A DNA stretch of 64,000 nucleotides. Source: the human T2T-CHM13v2.0 reference genome, Homo sapiens. This document shows, in pieces, positions 36,083 to 53,229 of this stretch. The notes below the pieces were generated by a model. The model saw only the letters and a program-made list of their open reading frames with translations. It was not told the origin of the DNA and searched no databases. The stretch lies in NCBI RefSeq assembly GCF_009914755.1, contig NC_060926.1; one strand, given 5' to 3'. The translations under genes were made by a program, and so were the position numbers. How positions within the stretch are numbered: position 1 is the stretch's first letter; each line of letters begins with the position of its first letter.

Positions 36083-37105
36083 AATTTATAACTACGTGAA
36101 TTTATAACTATAAAAAACTACGTGTACAAGATGTCCAAGATGAACAAAACTATACAATAAAGTTCATTTCAATATACAACATGTATTATATTCAACAAGG
36201 CTCAAATATTTTGATAAAGGGAAACAGAGACCTCTTTTTCTAGCAGGAAGATATTTTTCTTGGGAAGTTTTGTTTATGCTGGCTTGAATAACACTATGGT
36301 GAATGTCATAAGATTAATTCATTTTTAACATCTCTGTAAAAGCCAAGGATGCAGTGTGTCTGTGGGGAATTTAAATCATACATTTTAATACACATATTAA
36401 AATTACGGATTCTCAAGTAATGAGAGCTATATATATATATGTACGTATATAGCTATATAGCTCTCGCATACTAATTTTTGATCTTGCAAAGTAACATCTC
36501 AGATTCTTTGCAGTTTTGAACTAAACAGAATCAAATATAAATTAAACACCAGAATAACATTGAGTATCACAACTGAGTAAGATTACTTCCATTATACAAG
36601 TATGTCTCAACATTATTAAATCCATTGATATACTTCATCACATGAAAAGATTGAAAAAATAAGGCAATCATATTATTAAATTTCAAAATAATTTGATAAA
36701 ATGTTGCATTCATTGCCAATAAAAAAAAAACCCCTTAAACTAAAAAATAAGAAATTTTAACTCTATTACTATAAGCCACAGGTAGAAACCTACTATAAAC
36801 ATACTTAGACAAAAACAAACATTTTAATATACTTAGCAAAGGAGAAAGATTCACACCATTGGAGCCCTACTGCAATAATACATAATAAAATAGTGGAAAA
36901 ATTTTTATTATAATGAATAATAAAACAGGGATACCTGCTATCATTCCTTTATATTTTTCTATAAAATACTATAATCCTAGCTAACTCTGAAGATGACACT
37001 CAATATTTGTAGATTAAATAATTACTATACGAAAATATGGTTTTCAAAGTGTGGCCCTAAACCAGCAGCAGCTGCAGGTTCTAGACTTATTAGAAATGCA
37101 TTGTC

Positions 37106-37418
<313 letters not shown>

Positions 37419-39034
37419 TCAGGCTCTATCACAGACCTGCTGTACCCAGTGATTTTTGCTGTAATAAGCATCCTGGGTAATTCCTATGCACCCTAAAATA
37501 TGAGAACTACTAATATAGAAAATTCAAGAAATTTTAATACATTTCAAGATAATTAAAGATAATAAACTGAAAAAATATTAGAACAACGTAAAATCCATAA
37601 CATACACCAGAAAAATAGCTTTATAAATACATGTATTAATGTCTTACTAAATGTCAGAAAGATATACAGAGCTAAAAGCTTTGTAAAATATGTAAGATAA
37701 TATATCAACATCACCAGTATATAAAAAATTCTCAACGCAAAACAAATAGAGATAAAATGTATGAAGAAAACAAATGAATGACCTATCAAATATGTAAAAA
37801 TATTCCAAATCAAACACTCATGAAAATTAATGCAACATTTTACCTTTTTTTTAATTCATTAGATTGACAACACTGAACGACCTAATACCCAGTATTGCCT
37901 AGGCCATAGAAAAATTCACACTCTTTGAAGTTATTGTGGAATTGTAGATTGTTAAAGCTTCTCCTGGAAAAGGGATAATTCAGCATTACTCATTAAAATT
38001 AATGTCAGATTTTTTCTTTGCCCCCAAATTTATACTTCTAGAATGTTATTTTATAAGGATTCTTAAACATGTGTAAAAACATGAACTTCCGTGTGTGAAT
38101 CAAAGTATTATTCACTGATAGCAAAACACAGCAAGAACCTAAGTAATCTTTAAGCAGAAAATTATATAATAAATTTGTGTGTGTGCATGCAAAAGTGTAG
38201 AAAAGGAACTAGCAGAAATGACCTCTGAAAAATGAATAATTCATTGATAGAAGGGGAAAAAAGAAACAGCATAACCAATCTGAGAAAGAGAATGTTTCTC
38301 TTTCCAGTGTCATTGATCAATTTCAAGACCCCGTCTTTTCTCATGGGCCTTTAGACTGGGTCGGGGCATGTGCCCCAGAAATTGAGATTCATGGATCAGA
38401 TGCAGCTTGTTCATCTTGTTCGCTGGTACAGGAAATGATGTGGAGCTCTTCCAATGGATTCAGAAAGAGTCACAAGTGGAAATTAAATTTAAGTGGATTT
38501 TAGCTATCACTGAAAAGGAAGAAGAGGTCATGTAAATGAGTTTAAAATGATAGCACTTAATGCTATTCATAATGAAGGAATGTATTCCAACTTAGATAAC
38601 AGGACCATTTTAATAGATAATTTGATCACTTTTCTGATTTCTTACTAAGTCCACAACATTCATTTATAAATTTCTTTAAAGGCTTTACATATGCAGTTGT
38701 TGAAACAAGACAAAAAGAACGTCAACCACACAATAGCAATGAATACCTCTATCCTTATTATATCTGAAATAGTTTTCAGAATTATCATAACTAAATGTAC
38801 TAATATTAAACATGTTCAAAATATATAGCTACAGGATTATATGAATAAGTGTCACAAATTACAAACATAAGTGATATTTGTTGATAGAACAAAGTAGTGC
38901 TTTTTGTTGTTAAAAATACTCACATTTTAAATAATTTGTGGATGTTAAGTTATTCTGGGGTGAGAATAGTAGCAACTGCCCAATTCTAGACCACAAAAAT
39001 TGTGCACCCATTTCCTCTTGTAATGCGATAGGAT

Positions 39035-39613
39035 TAGCTGTTACATTTAAGTCTCTGATCTATATTGAGTTAATTTTTGTGTACAGTGTAAAACAGTTGT
39101 CCAATTTCATTCTTTTGCATGTGGATTTTCAGTTGTCCCAGCCTTGCTGAAAACACTATTCTTTCCCCTGTTGAATTGTTGCAGCACCTATGTTGAAAAT
39201 TAATTGACCATAAATGTGAAGTTTTATATCTGGATTCTCAAATATATGCCATTATATAAGTACAGCATTGTCTAATTATTGTAGTGTTGTGGTAAGGTTT
39301 GAAATCAGGAATAGTGATTCTACCAAATTTGTTCTTTTTCCAGATCATTTTGGCTATGCTGGATCCCTCAAATTTTCTTATAAAATTAAGGATTAGCTTG
39401 TCAATTTCTGTAAAGAAACCATCTGAGATTGACAGGGATTACTTCAAATATGTAAATAAAATTGGAAAGTACTAATACATTCTAAATACTAATATTTTCT
39501 TAATAATGCAAATGCCTTAGTTCATGGACATATTGATCTTGTGTCCTGCAATCTTGTTGAACTAATTTCTTAGTTTTAATAACATTTGTGGATTCTTTAG
39601 TATAATCTATACA
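39035..39613 (-). mobile_element. L1M fragment, the host of the THE1 element
   Basis: TACATTTAAGTCT.TGATC.ATATTGAGTTAATTTTTGTGTA, antisense ORF2. It resumes briefly after 42070. Confidence 0.8.
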
Positions 39614-42065
<2,452 letters not shown>

Positions 42066-44112
42066 ATATATAAGACAATGTCTTCTGCAAATAGACAATA
42101 AGTTTGAACATTTCTCCCCCTTGCTCTCTCTGCTGAGTTACCACTTATTCTCCACATCCATCCACTGAATGTTGCAGCCCCTGTCAAGCAGCTCTGACTA
42201 TGGCTATTTTCTATGTATGCTACTAATCAGTCTCTCTCTTTGTCCCTTTAGGCCCATGGATGCCAATGGCTTTTTGATTTTTTTAGCCCTGAGGGACCTC
42301 ATTAACTATTATACATTTCTTCTAGCCTTGCCCATACAATTTTCCTACCTTAGAATATCTTTAAATTATATGTTAACATACTAATATGTATAAAAATCTA
42401 AGACATAGTCTAAAATGATAAAAATAATTTGCATTGTTAAAAAATATATGACTTCTTTCAATCTAAGTATGGGAAACCTTAAATATCTAAGGCCCTAAAT
42501 CCTATGCTACTGCTAATTTGCCTTTGCTTTTAAGGATTTAGAAATATTAATGCAAAGCAAGCACAGTGAAACAATATGTAGCATTTATACTGAGAATCAC
42601 TATTTTGAGAAATTTCTAACCTTAGTGTATGCTGGGAATTTAGAATCTATTAAAACGTCATGAAGAGTGCTGCATTTGTCTTTCAATAGTGATATATGTA
42701 AGGCAAATGCATTAATTGGCTTTTGAGTCAGAACAGTTTTTTTACGAATTACATATTAGCTGCAGTTCAAATTAATCCATATGCCTCAATTTTATTTGAG
42801 AGCAGAAAATGCCAGGCTTGAATAACTACCAATAAGTGACATGTCAAAATAATTCATATTAAAGTATTACATATACTTCAATATCCTCAAACATATCAGT
42901 CAATTTTACAATAGCTTCTGTTGAAATTCATCATAGTTTTCAAAGAAAATCAGGCATAGAACAATTATTCTCTCCTTATCATTGTGTTTAGTGTTTTAGA
43001 AATAAGCCAGTTACTGAGTGAGAGAGATTTCGAAAGAAAAAAGGCATTGTAAAACAGCACCTTAGGTGGAAGAATTACAGATTTTAATTGAAAAACATTA
43101 CGCTTACATTTCAATAGCTGGCATTTCTCACTTTTATATAAAATTTTAATAATAATGGGTATTATGAAAAACACACTTGGTAATAAATAAGATTTTGCAT
43201 TTAAAATCTATTAAAATTTTATTAGTTTCTCAAATCCAGGAAGAAGATATTTTTGCATATAAGGTACATATTTTCCCTCCTGTTGTTGCTCCAGTGCTAT
43301 TTCTTATAAGAAACTCAAGCTCTTTAGGATTTGTGCCTACCTTATGAAATTTACTACTTTTTTTTTTTTTTTTACTATTCTACTTATCATCTCAGTTTCA
43401 TTTTGTTTTCCCACCTCCTCTCCATAATCCAGCCTGTAGAGATGTATTATTAGCCTGTGGAACATTATCTTTCAAAACATGCAGCCAATTGTGCAGAGGT
43501 CTGTATCTTTGTTGCTTTGATATTTCCAAGCTAAAATAATGCAGATGTCATTATTGGGGATCACTTTGAAAAGATCTTAAATCATGGGTAATTCCTTCTT
43601 TTTGTATGAGGAATGATTGTCCATGGAAACTAGGAAGGCGAAGACACATAAAATCCCTGGGCCCATGTATGTTGATTATAAGAAGGTTGCAGGACCTGAA
43701 CAATGACATTATGTCTGTGGATAATAAATACAGATGACTTTATAGCTTCCAAAATATGTTCCAGAAACATAATTTTATGTTACATTATAGTCCTCATTTA
43801 ATTAACAAACATATAGTTGCAAAACTTTCCCCAAAACTCACATACACCCAAATTCACAGCATTCTAAAAACAATTGCTAAACCATCCACGTGGTACTTGC
43901 CAAATGATGGCCCCAGAACTATTCTGCTGACATTAATGCATTACCCATTATATAAAAAAAGGGACAAGGATGAGAGGGGAGAGGGGAGGGAGAGAGTTTA
44001 TTTTAAGGGAACAGTGTGAATGGCATTCCATTTATCCATCACCATCTGTGGCTGAAAGGAAGAAGGCGTTTATCTTTTAGCTTAAGTCAAGTGAGGAGGG
44101 GAGTTTCAGGAG

Positions 44113-44113
<1 letters not shown>

Positions 44114-44158
<45 letters not shown>
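44114..44158 (+). repeat. (AC)n microsatellite
   Basis: About 22 perfect units. Confidence 0.97.
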
Positions 44159-44162
<4 letters not shown>

Positions 44163-47100
44163 CACCCATATAACCATACAACGAAACAAAACAAAGCCTT
44201 TGAGACATTGATTTAAGCGCAGGATTTCAGGAGATACGAGTATGTTGTAGCTTACTGAACAAGGATACAGCGATCTATGTGTTTTACAATGACAAAGCAA
44301 AAGCATGAATTTCCCAAGGACTAGATTTAAGAACATGCTAGGCTTGTGTTATTGTAAAAGGGATCTTGATCCAGACTACCATCAAGAGAGAAAACGCAGC
44401 TGCAGCAAGAGCAAGAGACAAGGTGAAGTCCAATGGCTCGCTTCAAAAAATAGTGGCCAAAGGACCCCAGAAAGAATCTAAGAGTAACCTTCACTGTCAT
44501 CCTACTGGAAGACAATTGCACTTTCAACATTCATTCACCAAGTCCAGAGAGTACCAACACCATCTCTGGTGTACCATACGCATAAGCCTGTGTTCACTAC
44601 TCCAAATATCAGCTTACCTTGGCCCTATCTGTTAGGCAAGGTAGCAGAAGAGAAAGTAAGGTAAGGAGAAGGAAACAAAGCCATCACATTTCTCCCTCCA
44701 CTACAGGCTCCTAACACTGGAGTGAGCCCAAGTTAGGGGAGACAAGAAACGTTAAACAGATACATGTTTGTCATTTGGACTTTTTACGATGGATTGGACT
44801 ATGTATTGGTACTGAATGAGTAGGACCATTTGAAATGTCAAAACATCAATTGCTGAGCATGTAATTATCAGGAGTGGTATGTTCTGCTAGAGATTTTATT
44901 TAGTGAGACAGAGAAAAAAAGAATAAAGTTGCTTTCTCCTGCATACTAGTGAATCCAGGATGATTTTTTCTTATAGAACCAATACTTTTCACATCCTGCT
45001 GTTTAGACAAATTCACATCAACCCTTTTCTCACAATATAAAATACATATCTGTTTTGGCACTTACAAACACTGTGGAGCAGCAATTTCCTTTCTTCCCTC
45101 ATCACATTTTTTGACATATCAATATAACCTTAATCAATTGATCATTGCCAACATGCTAATCATAGGCACTAGCTCAGCCCAGGTTTATTGCAATTAGGTT
45201 ATTTCACAAGTTGAAAACATCCCCTGGCGGATTTTAATAAAACGGGGAACTTTGCTGTGAAACTCTAGTTGTGGTATGTTCAAAAAGTACACGTTATTAA
45301 AAATGTTAGGGATTTAAACTTTTATATACATATTATGTGTTAAAATTAATATTTCAATACAAATACAATAGAAAAAGGGGGAGCAGATACAAAAAGAAAC
45401 TGGCAATACATAGATTTTTTACATGTTATCAAGATATGAAAATATTTTAATAAAGTACTGAATCTGTTTAAAATATCGAATTCTACTGATGTGTTAAAAG
45501 CGTGTTTTGAGTAGTTAGGACTCTCAAAATGCTGATTACATCTCCAGCACATAGCCCGTGCTGGATATTTATATATCTGGTCCTACCTATTTATGAGAAA
45601 AATAAGAAACAAAAAAAGAAAGAAGCAGAAATTAAAAGGATAAGGAAGCTAAAAAGGCAGGCAACGAAGAGATAAACTCTATGATAGTGTTATTATTTAT
45701 TTCAGATGTAAAGTTATATTACATGTTCTTTTTAAGTCTATTTGTCCTCCAGCAGCAAATGTACTCCTACTTTTAGGATTATAAATCACAACTATTTATT
45801 GAGAAACTGTCATAAGTCAGGCACTATATTCAAGCTATGATTCTTTTACTATTTGAAATAAGGTTTAACCAGAAGGCTTACATGGAGTTAAAAGATGACC
45901 AAATATTTAAAATGACTCAAACTGAATATGCTTTGTTTAGTTCAGGTCTGTTAAACATCAAGGGTAGACATGCCAGCGTTGCTTGAGTTCAGCACTGAGC
46001 TTGGTCAGCTATCTCCTGCTGATAAATAACAGAGGCAAAGATGACATTGAAACTAAATGATCCTGAGAAGGTGAAGAAGGTTGAGCCCTCTTGAAGCACA
46101 TCCATAAACATATGCACACACACACACACACACAGGCCCCAAGTCACTTGGTCACTTCATAGGAAATAACTTCAACTACCAATGTGTATGTTTTGGGAAA
46201 TAAACATGGAAGAAGATAGGTCAGAGTCAGCTTAGTGTCATCATCAAAAAATGCCTATACTACTTGGCTCTTCTTTAAATATGATACTTGGGTTAGGAAC
46301 AAAGACTCTGCTGGAAAAGCAGTTTAATTATCACCAACCTTCTCAAAGCAAAGCACAAAACAACTACTGTGGGATTTCAAATCTGTCATCAATCTCTCTT
46401 ATACTTCATTCATCACAAGGCCCCTGGATTTAACAAGCACTAGGCCTCACCCACTTCAAAGACCATGGGGAAACCCACTTCAACAAAAGTCTCCTTTGAG
46501 CCTATGTGGAGTGATTTTACTTTTTTCTTACTCTTCATCCCAGAAGTTAATTCCAGAGTTGGTTGATACAATAATCTTGAGCAATCGACTGCAGACCTAA
46601 ACACTTCTTGGCTGACTTTATCCCATTTGAAATGCATAAAGTTACTGTGATTCAAGTTATGCCCTAGGTGTTGATTTTTTATGAGCCTATAATCCCAGAG
46701 ATGTAACATTTGATTTGTTCACATGGTGTCTATAAGAGTACCTTGCAGTGATAGAAAATTAGAAACAACATTTATTAATAAGTGCCAGGTTTCAAGGACT
46801 CCTGATCCATCCCCATGACATAAATCCTGGAATCTGCAGCATGTATATTTGAAATACATTACCATAAAATATTTATAATTACTTTTTAAATTCTCTTGGA
46901 CTTGTCTTGGTGTCAGAAATATAATATTTATTTATTATTATTTTTCTCTTGGCTCATTTCTCTTTGTGCATTTTCAGAGAATAACACTTGACCTAAACAT
47001 TTGCATTTTTAATTTATTTATAATAAAAAGAACTGATAATTTGCCAGCCGAGACATTGTGCTGATCTTCACCACAAGAAATAGATGCTATGTATCTATGT

Positions 47101-48496
47101 GTGTGTGTACATACTGTGATGCAAACAAAGAAAGTAAAATGTGGAGCAACTAGATAGTTTGTCCAAGGTCACACTGAAGGAAAGCCAACACCCAGGAATC
47201 TCACTCTGTTGCCTGTTTGCTTAACAATACCTTAAGCTGCCCATCTATCAACTGCAGCTCAGTTCAGATCCATCCTCCTTCGTGATCCCTTCTCTGACCT
47301 CTTGGACTCCAAATCCTTTGCGGCATCCCTACGACATTGGCTGTGTCGTTTATTTAGAACATATCATGTACCATTTTCCATTGTCAGTTATCTAAGCTGA
47401 CTAAAATTTCTGGTAGGCAGATCCTAAATCTTGGATTATCAAGGACCTACACCCAATATCATCCCTAAGACTCAAAGCTAAGCAGTTACTCGATTTTATA
47501 AGCTCTTTAGAAGAATCAAAACTGGAGTATATAAAAAGCTTTTCTAAATACAGTTTTGAATAATAGGGTCATAGATTTACTATCATTAATACTTGCGTAT
47601 AAAGAAAGAAAACCAAAGGATTTATTTACTTTTGCATCTTATAATTATCCAACTCATATCTATCAAAAGTAGGTACTGATTACAGACCAATGTTTCACAA
47701 GCCCCAGTGAGCACCGATTGCTTAACACAGAGAGAAATTGTTATTCCCTGATACACAGACTGAGAAACAGAAATGATTAAGAAAGGCCTACCCGCCAGTA
47801 GCCAACCTCTTTGGAAGTAGAGGATATCTACATCATGTTTCCTTTGATGTTAGGAATGAGGACTCCAGACTAACACAGACTGTATTTTCCCTGATACTAA
47901 TCATAATTTCCTCAAATTTTCCAGTTCCAACCACTAGATGTCATGCAGAGACCACAAAGTAGAACATCTTAGTGGTTTTCATTGTTTTTTTTTTTCCCCC
48001 ACGTCGAGCATTACCAATTTTATTAACTTCAACATTTAAGGTGGTTTGGAAAAATTTTAAGTGACAGGCACTAAAGACACAGATCAGTGCAATTTATTTC
48101 ACAGGCTGGGTGCATAGACATTATGGCAAAAATATATAGAATTAAAAGTACTACCTCATTCATTGCAAAGCATTATTTCTGGAATCTGAAAAATTCATGC
48201 AAGTGGGTTCCAAAAAAATAAAAAATAAAAAAGATAGATAGAGAGAGAAATTCTAAAGCCTCCCTTCTTTAGCAATCATGTACTTTACCCTGGTAGACAA
48301 AACTGGAATTCAAGAAAATGGAAAGAAAGCGTATATAATAGAAAAAAAATCAAAAGTTTTGGATTAAATACTAGCTTGGACATGTGCTAATTGAGTAAAC
48401 CTGCTGTAATACTTAACTTCTGTAAGTATCTGTTTCCTGGGCTGTGAAATGAGAATACCTGACATGCAATAATTGGGAAGTTTCAATAAAACATTG

Positions 48497-48558
48497 TATA
48501 TATATATATATATATTTTATATTTTATATATATATATTTTATATTTTATATATATATA

Positions 48559-48625
<67 letters not shown>
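48497..48625. repeat. (TA)n / TA-rich compound microsatellite
   Basis: TA runs with repeated TTTTATATTTTA spacers, ending in a long perfect (TA)n. Confidence 0.97.
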
Positions 48626-48628
<3 letters not shown>

Positions 48629-49574
48629 AGGACCTCAGGACCTCAGAAGAGAATTAAAGAGTTATAGATTCTGGAGTCAGCAAGTTATGAGTGAGAGGTG
48701 AAGCAATTGGAAGAGGACTAAGTTGTCCAAAAAGACTGCAGCAGATTAAAAAAAAAAAAAAAAGAGCATCTGGCTTTAGGCATGGGAACATTTCAGAAAT
48801 GGGTAAGCAAAAGATAAGAAAGAATCTACAGATACCAGTTTGGGTGTATACGTAAAAAGATAATTTCAAAATCATTTCTTTATTGTTTATAATTAGATAA
48901 GCCTCCACTAGTGGAAAATGAGAGTCAGAAGACAGAAAAAAAAATTGACCTCTTGAGAATAAAAATTCTCAAGGAGGTGAAAGGAGATGGGATTCAGACC
49001 TGGACAAGGCTGATTGGAAAGATAAAGGATCCCTCCAAGCATACAATTAAAAATACAAACAATAATACACCAAAATAAGTTTAAGGAAGGCCAATAGAGT
49101 TTGAGGAAGTAAATAATATAACATCTCACCCACCATCACACAAAACTAGTTTTTTAATCAAGAGAAAACTTACAAAATGGGAATCATGGCCTTTAACCTA
49201 AGAGCTATACTGGATGTAAAAATCTCTCTAAAGTACATGATACATATTTAAATATACACATATACATACACACATACACATATGCATATATGTTTTTGAA
49301 AAACAAAATTATGAAAAATTTTTCTTTTTTATGCATTTTTGCTTGTATCAATAAATCCTACAGTCAACTTACAATGAAGGCCAGTTCTTCTCAAATGCCA
49401 TAATGCTCTGCCTAAATAATTCATTTTAAAAATGATGGGTAAAACTTTATATATAAAATGAAGTATACTTTATGTTAAATAATTTTGAATTATCTATATT
49501 TAAAAATAATATTGAGATTATGACTCCAGTAAACAAAACTGAAATGCTAAAGATGACATTTAAATAACACATTC

Positions 49575-49776
49575 TTTATTATTATTATTTTCTTATTTTA
49601 AGTTTTACTTTAAGTTCTGGGATATGTGTGCAGAACATGCAGGTTTGTTACATAGGTATACATGTGCCGTGGTGGTTTGCTGAACCTAACAAACTGTCAT
49701 GTAGGTTTTAAGCCTCGCATGCGTTAGGTATTTGTCCTAATGCTCTTCCTCTCTCCCCTTGCCCCCTACCTACCGA
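49575..49776 (-). mobile_element. L1PA 3' end fragment
   Basis: CTTTAAGTTCTGGGATA..TGTGCAGAACATGCAGGTTTGTTACATAGG. Confidence 0.88.
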
Positions 49777-51198
49777 CATAGTGCATTAAAACATCAAGTA
49801 TTGTAATTTGCAGTTTGTGATACACCATTTAGGCTAGAATAAGGAACCTTTTAAGTATGAAATAGGGAGACATAAAGAAATTAAGTTTTAAATTTAATTT
49901 TAAATTTTCTATTAATGTTTATATTTTAATAATAATGCTTATAGTTTAATATTAGCTATTGATGTTTTATCTATAAAGGTAGACTATGAAATTAATTTAC
50001 TTTTTACATATTTCAACTTTCTTAGTTTTCAAGATTTTTCAAATCATGTACATATTTGATGATTTTTATGATTCATTGAGGAAACTATTTGATAATATTG
50101 TTCAAAATGACCACATTAATTATGTTTTTAGTCATGATTTACTCCCCAAAAGGTGTATGTTTCCACCTTAAATTCCTGTAAATAAAATTCTTGTGATAGC
50201 TTCTTAAAAAGTAAGAGAAAAGAAAGACAGAGAAAACTGATTCCTTTCTACTTGGAGCTTGATTTCAAATATGTAAACCCTGTGTACGTAATTCTGTACA
50301 CAGGGATCTCATTATTTATTTTCATAGTTGCTGCTTTGTTTAAAATTTTGTCTCTAAAGTTTATATTTGGCAAGACAAATAGAAATAAGCTGGTTTATAA
50401 TTTTTCTTATTCTAAGATGTGCATGTGTATATGTGTAAGTATGTTTTAATTTCTAATGGCCTGTCCAGATGATGGTATCACTCCTGGAGACATGGCAACC
50501 CATATGAGAATGTTTATATACACTGGGGTGGAGAAGAACAACCATGCCCAAATGCTAATTTAAATCACCTTCACCTTTGAAATGTTAAAACTGTATGTGT
50601 CTTTTTCAATTTCTCTCTGCTCCTCCTTTTCTCCTATGCTCTTGCTCAGAAAACATTTAATTTCAACTCAGGTGTATTTATTAGAAAGAATCCTTCCATT
50701 TTAATTTTTTAAAAGTCACTGGAAGCAGATCCTGTGTCCTTATAAAATTCCACAATAAAACATTTACTTTTGTAAGCTATGTGTATCTAGATGGTGATAT
50801 TATTGTTAGGAAATAAAATGAGAGCATTTGGTAACTATGGCAACATGATATGTTTCAAAAGAAATATGAACTCTTTTTCCTTGAAGAAATTAGATATTTT
50901 CCTTGACTGGTACTTAGGGATCCAAGTCTAGAAGAGAAATAGGATTTTTTAAGGCTCACTATTTTAGTCTTTTTTTTTGGAGGGGGGGAAATTTTTCACT
51001 TAGCCACATCTGACAAAATAAAAGATTAAATTTGAGGCTGCAGAAACAAAACTGCAGTTGTAATTTGCCAGCACCTAGTCCATGTTAGGGTAAACAAACA
51101 CAGTCAATTCCCATTTATCTAAAGTTTAAGCAATAATAATTTTCAAAAATGGAATTTCTTGCCTTATTATTTTTTCTCTGAAACGCACAAAATGAGAA

Positions 51199-51569
51199 TG
51201 TGTTAGTCTAGTCTCATGCTGCTGATAAAGACATACTGAAGACTGGGCAATATACAAAGGAAGGAGGTATAATGGAGAACTCACAGTTCCACATGGCTGG
51301 GGAAGCCTCACAATCATGGCAGAAGACAAGGAGGTGCAAGTCACATCTTACGTGGATGGCAGCAGGCAAAAAGAGAGCTTGTGCAGAGAAACTTACATTT
51401 TTAAACTATCAAATATCATGAGACTCATTCACTGTCTTGAGAACAGCGTAGGAAAGATCCACCCCCATAATTCAATCACCTCCCACCCGGTTCCTCCCAG
51501 GACATGTGGGAATTGTGGGAGTTACAATTTAAGATGAGATTTGGGTGGGGACACAGCCAAGCCATATCA
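51199..51569 (-). mobile_element. Solo THE1 LTR
   Basis: TG...CA ends with a perfect 5-bp TSD GAGAA at 51194-51198 and 51570-51574. Confidence 0.93.
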
Positions 51570-52617
51570 GAGAATATTCCTTATATAGAGATATATTGAA
51601 AAATGTTACTTCTTGTTTCAGTCATTACACAATAATAGAGTCCAACTTCTAAGTCAATAGTTTTAAACAAACAATTTATTTTCACCACAAAGATTCCAAA
51701 ACACTATGTGACTGTGAATTACCATCCTAATCACATTAATTTTTTGGTATAATTTTAGGGTTAGTTTGGATTATTTATGTATGGGTTCTGTGAAAATTAT
51801 GACAGTAAAATATGCCTGTAGCCATTAGCCTATAACAGGAGATCTCATTGTGAGCTCAAGGAAGAAGTAAACACACTGAAATTTCTATATTGGTGCAGGA
51901 TGATGGTAATTGCAAGAAAGGGCTTAAATAAAACAGTAGAATAAAATTCAATCTGATACAAAAAAGTCAGAGGCAAGACAAAAATAGTTTATAAATATAA
52001 AATAAGGAATCAAATCTAAGCTTGTGCATGAATAAGATAAAAAAAATTATCAAATTCATGTTCAGTCTGGTAGGAGTGACCTAGACAAAACATGAGGAAG
52101 AAAGAGGGACTATCTCAGTAATTTTATGGGATTATTATGACTTTTAAAAATATTTGATCTTTTGAACATCTCACAGGATAAAATATTGAATTAATTAGAA
52201 TATTTAGTTGACTGAAACACCCATTTTCCTACTCATTTTAAAAAACTGAATTTTAATGTATGTAAGTATAGATTAATGAACGTATACATAAACACAGAGA
52301 AAGAGAGAGAGAGAAAAAAACATTCTCTGCATATTGTTTCTTCTTGCAAGAATGTTAAGAACAAAGGTTTTTCTTTATGTCTCTCTCCAATTAAGTTAAA
52401 GATGGTGGAGCTGCATACTAGTTGCTATTATAATAGCTTTTGCATAACATTTTGTTCACAGTTGGGAAAAACAAATGAGCAAATAAACATTGAGCTGTAA
52501 AAGCAGTATACCACTACCTTTAATGTACCAGTCTTTATTAGGTAAGAGAGTGTTTTGATGTGTATATTATCTTCTGCTTTATAAGGTAGCTTACTTTCAC
52601 CTGCTTAGGTGGGAACA

Positions 52618-52624
52618 GATAGAT

Positions 52625-52676
<52 letters not shown>

Positions 52677-52725
52677 CCAGATAGATTAGATAGATACATA
52701 GACATATAGGTAGATGGATAGATAG
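52618..52725 (+). repeat. (GATA)n microsatellite
   Basis: About 11 perfect units plus a degenerate extension. Confidence 0.95.
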
Positions 52726-52726
52726 C

Positions 52727-53047
52727 GTCTTAGTCCATTTTGTGCTAATGTAGCATACCTTAGACTGGGTGATTTGTAAAGAACAGAGACTTATTTCTTA
52801 CAGTTCTTGAGACTGGGAAATCCAAGGTTGAGGAACCTACATGTAACAAGGACCTTCCTCCTGTGTTATCCCATGGTGGAAGGCAGAAGAGCAAGACAGC
52901 ATGTATGCATGTGACAGAGAAATAGGAATAGTGCTGAACTAATCCTTTTATCAAGAACTCACTTCCTAGGTAGCTAACCTACTCTGAGGATAATGGCATT
53001 AATCAATTCATTCAGCAGAGCACTTGTAACCTAAGTTACCTCTTAAC
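52727..53047 (-). mobile_element. MST/MLT1A-type LTR
   Basis: GTCTTAGTCCATTTTGTGCT...AGACTGGGTGATTTGTAAAGAACAGAGAC. Confidence 0.8.
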
Positions 53048-53229
53048 AAAAACATTTTTGTCAACTAAAGTACAGTGTTCATGAGGCAAATAAAATTCAT
53101 TTATATCATATATAAAGTAACTTAGGTTAGCACATTTTCTTCCTCTACTGACTTCAGTGAGGTTGTGTCACACATGTGAAATACAGTTAGTTTTTTTGGC
53201 TTAGTTGGTGTCAGGGATCTCCAGACATA

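Noticed and set aside
36422-36465. Hairpin GAGAGCTATATA...TATATAGCTCTC as a structured RNA
   Set aside because: It is short and built on self-complementary TA repeats, and is adequately explained by microsatellite slippage.
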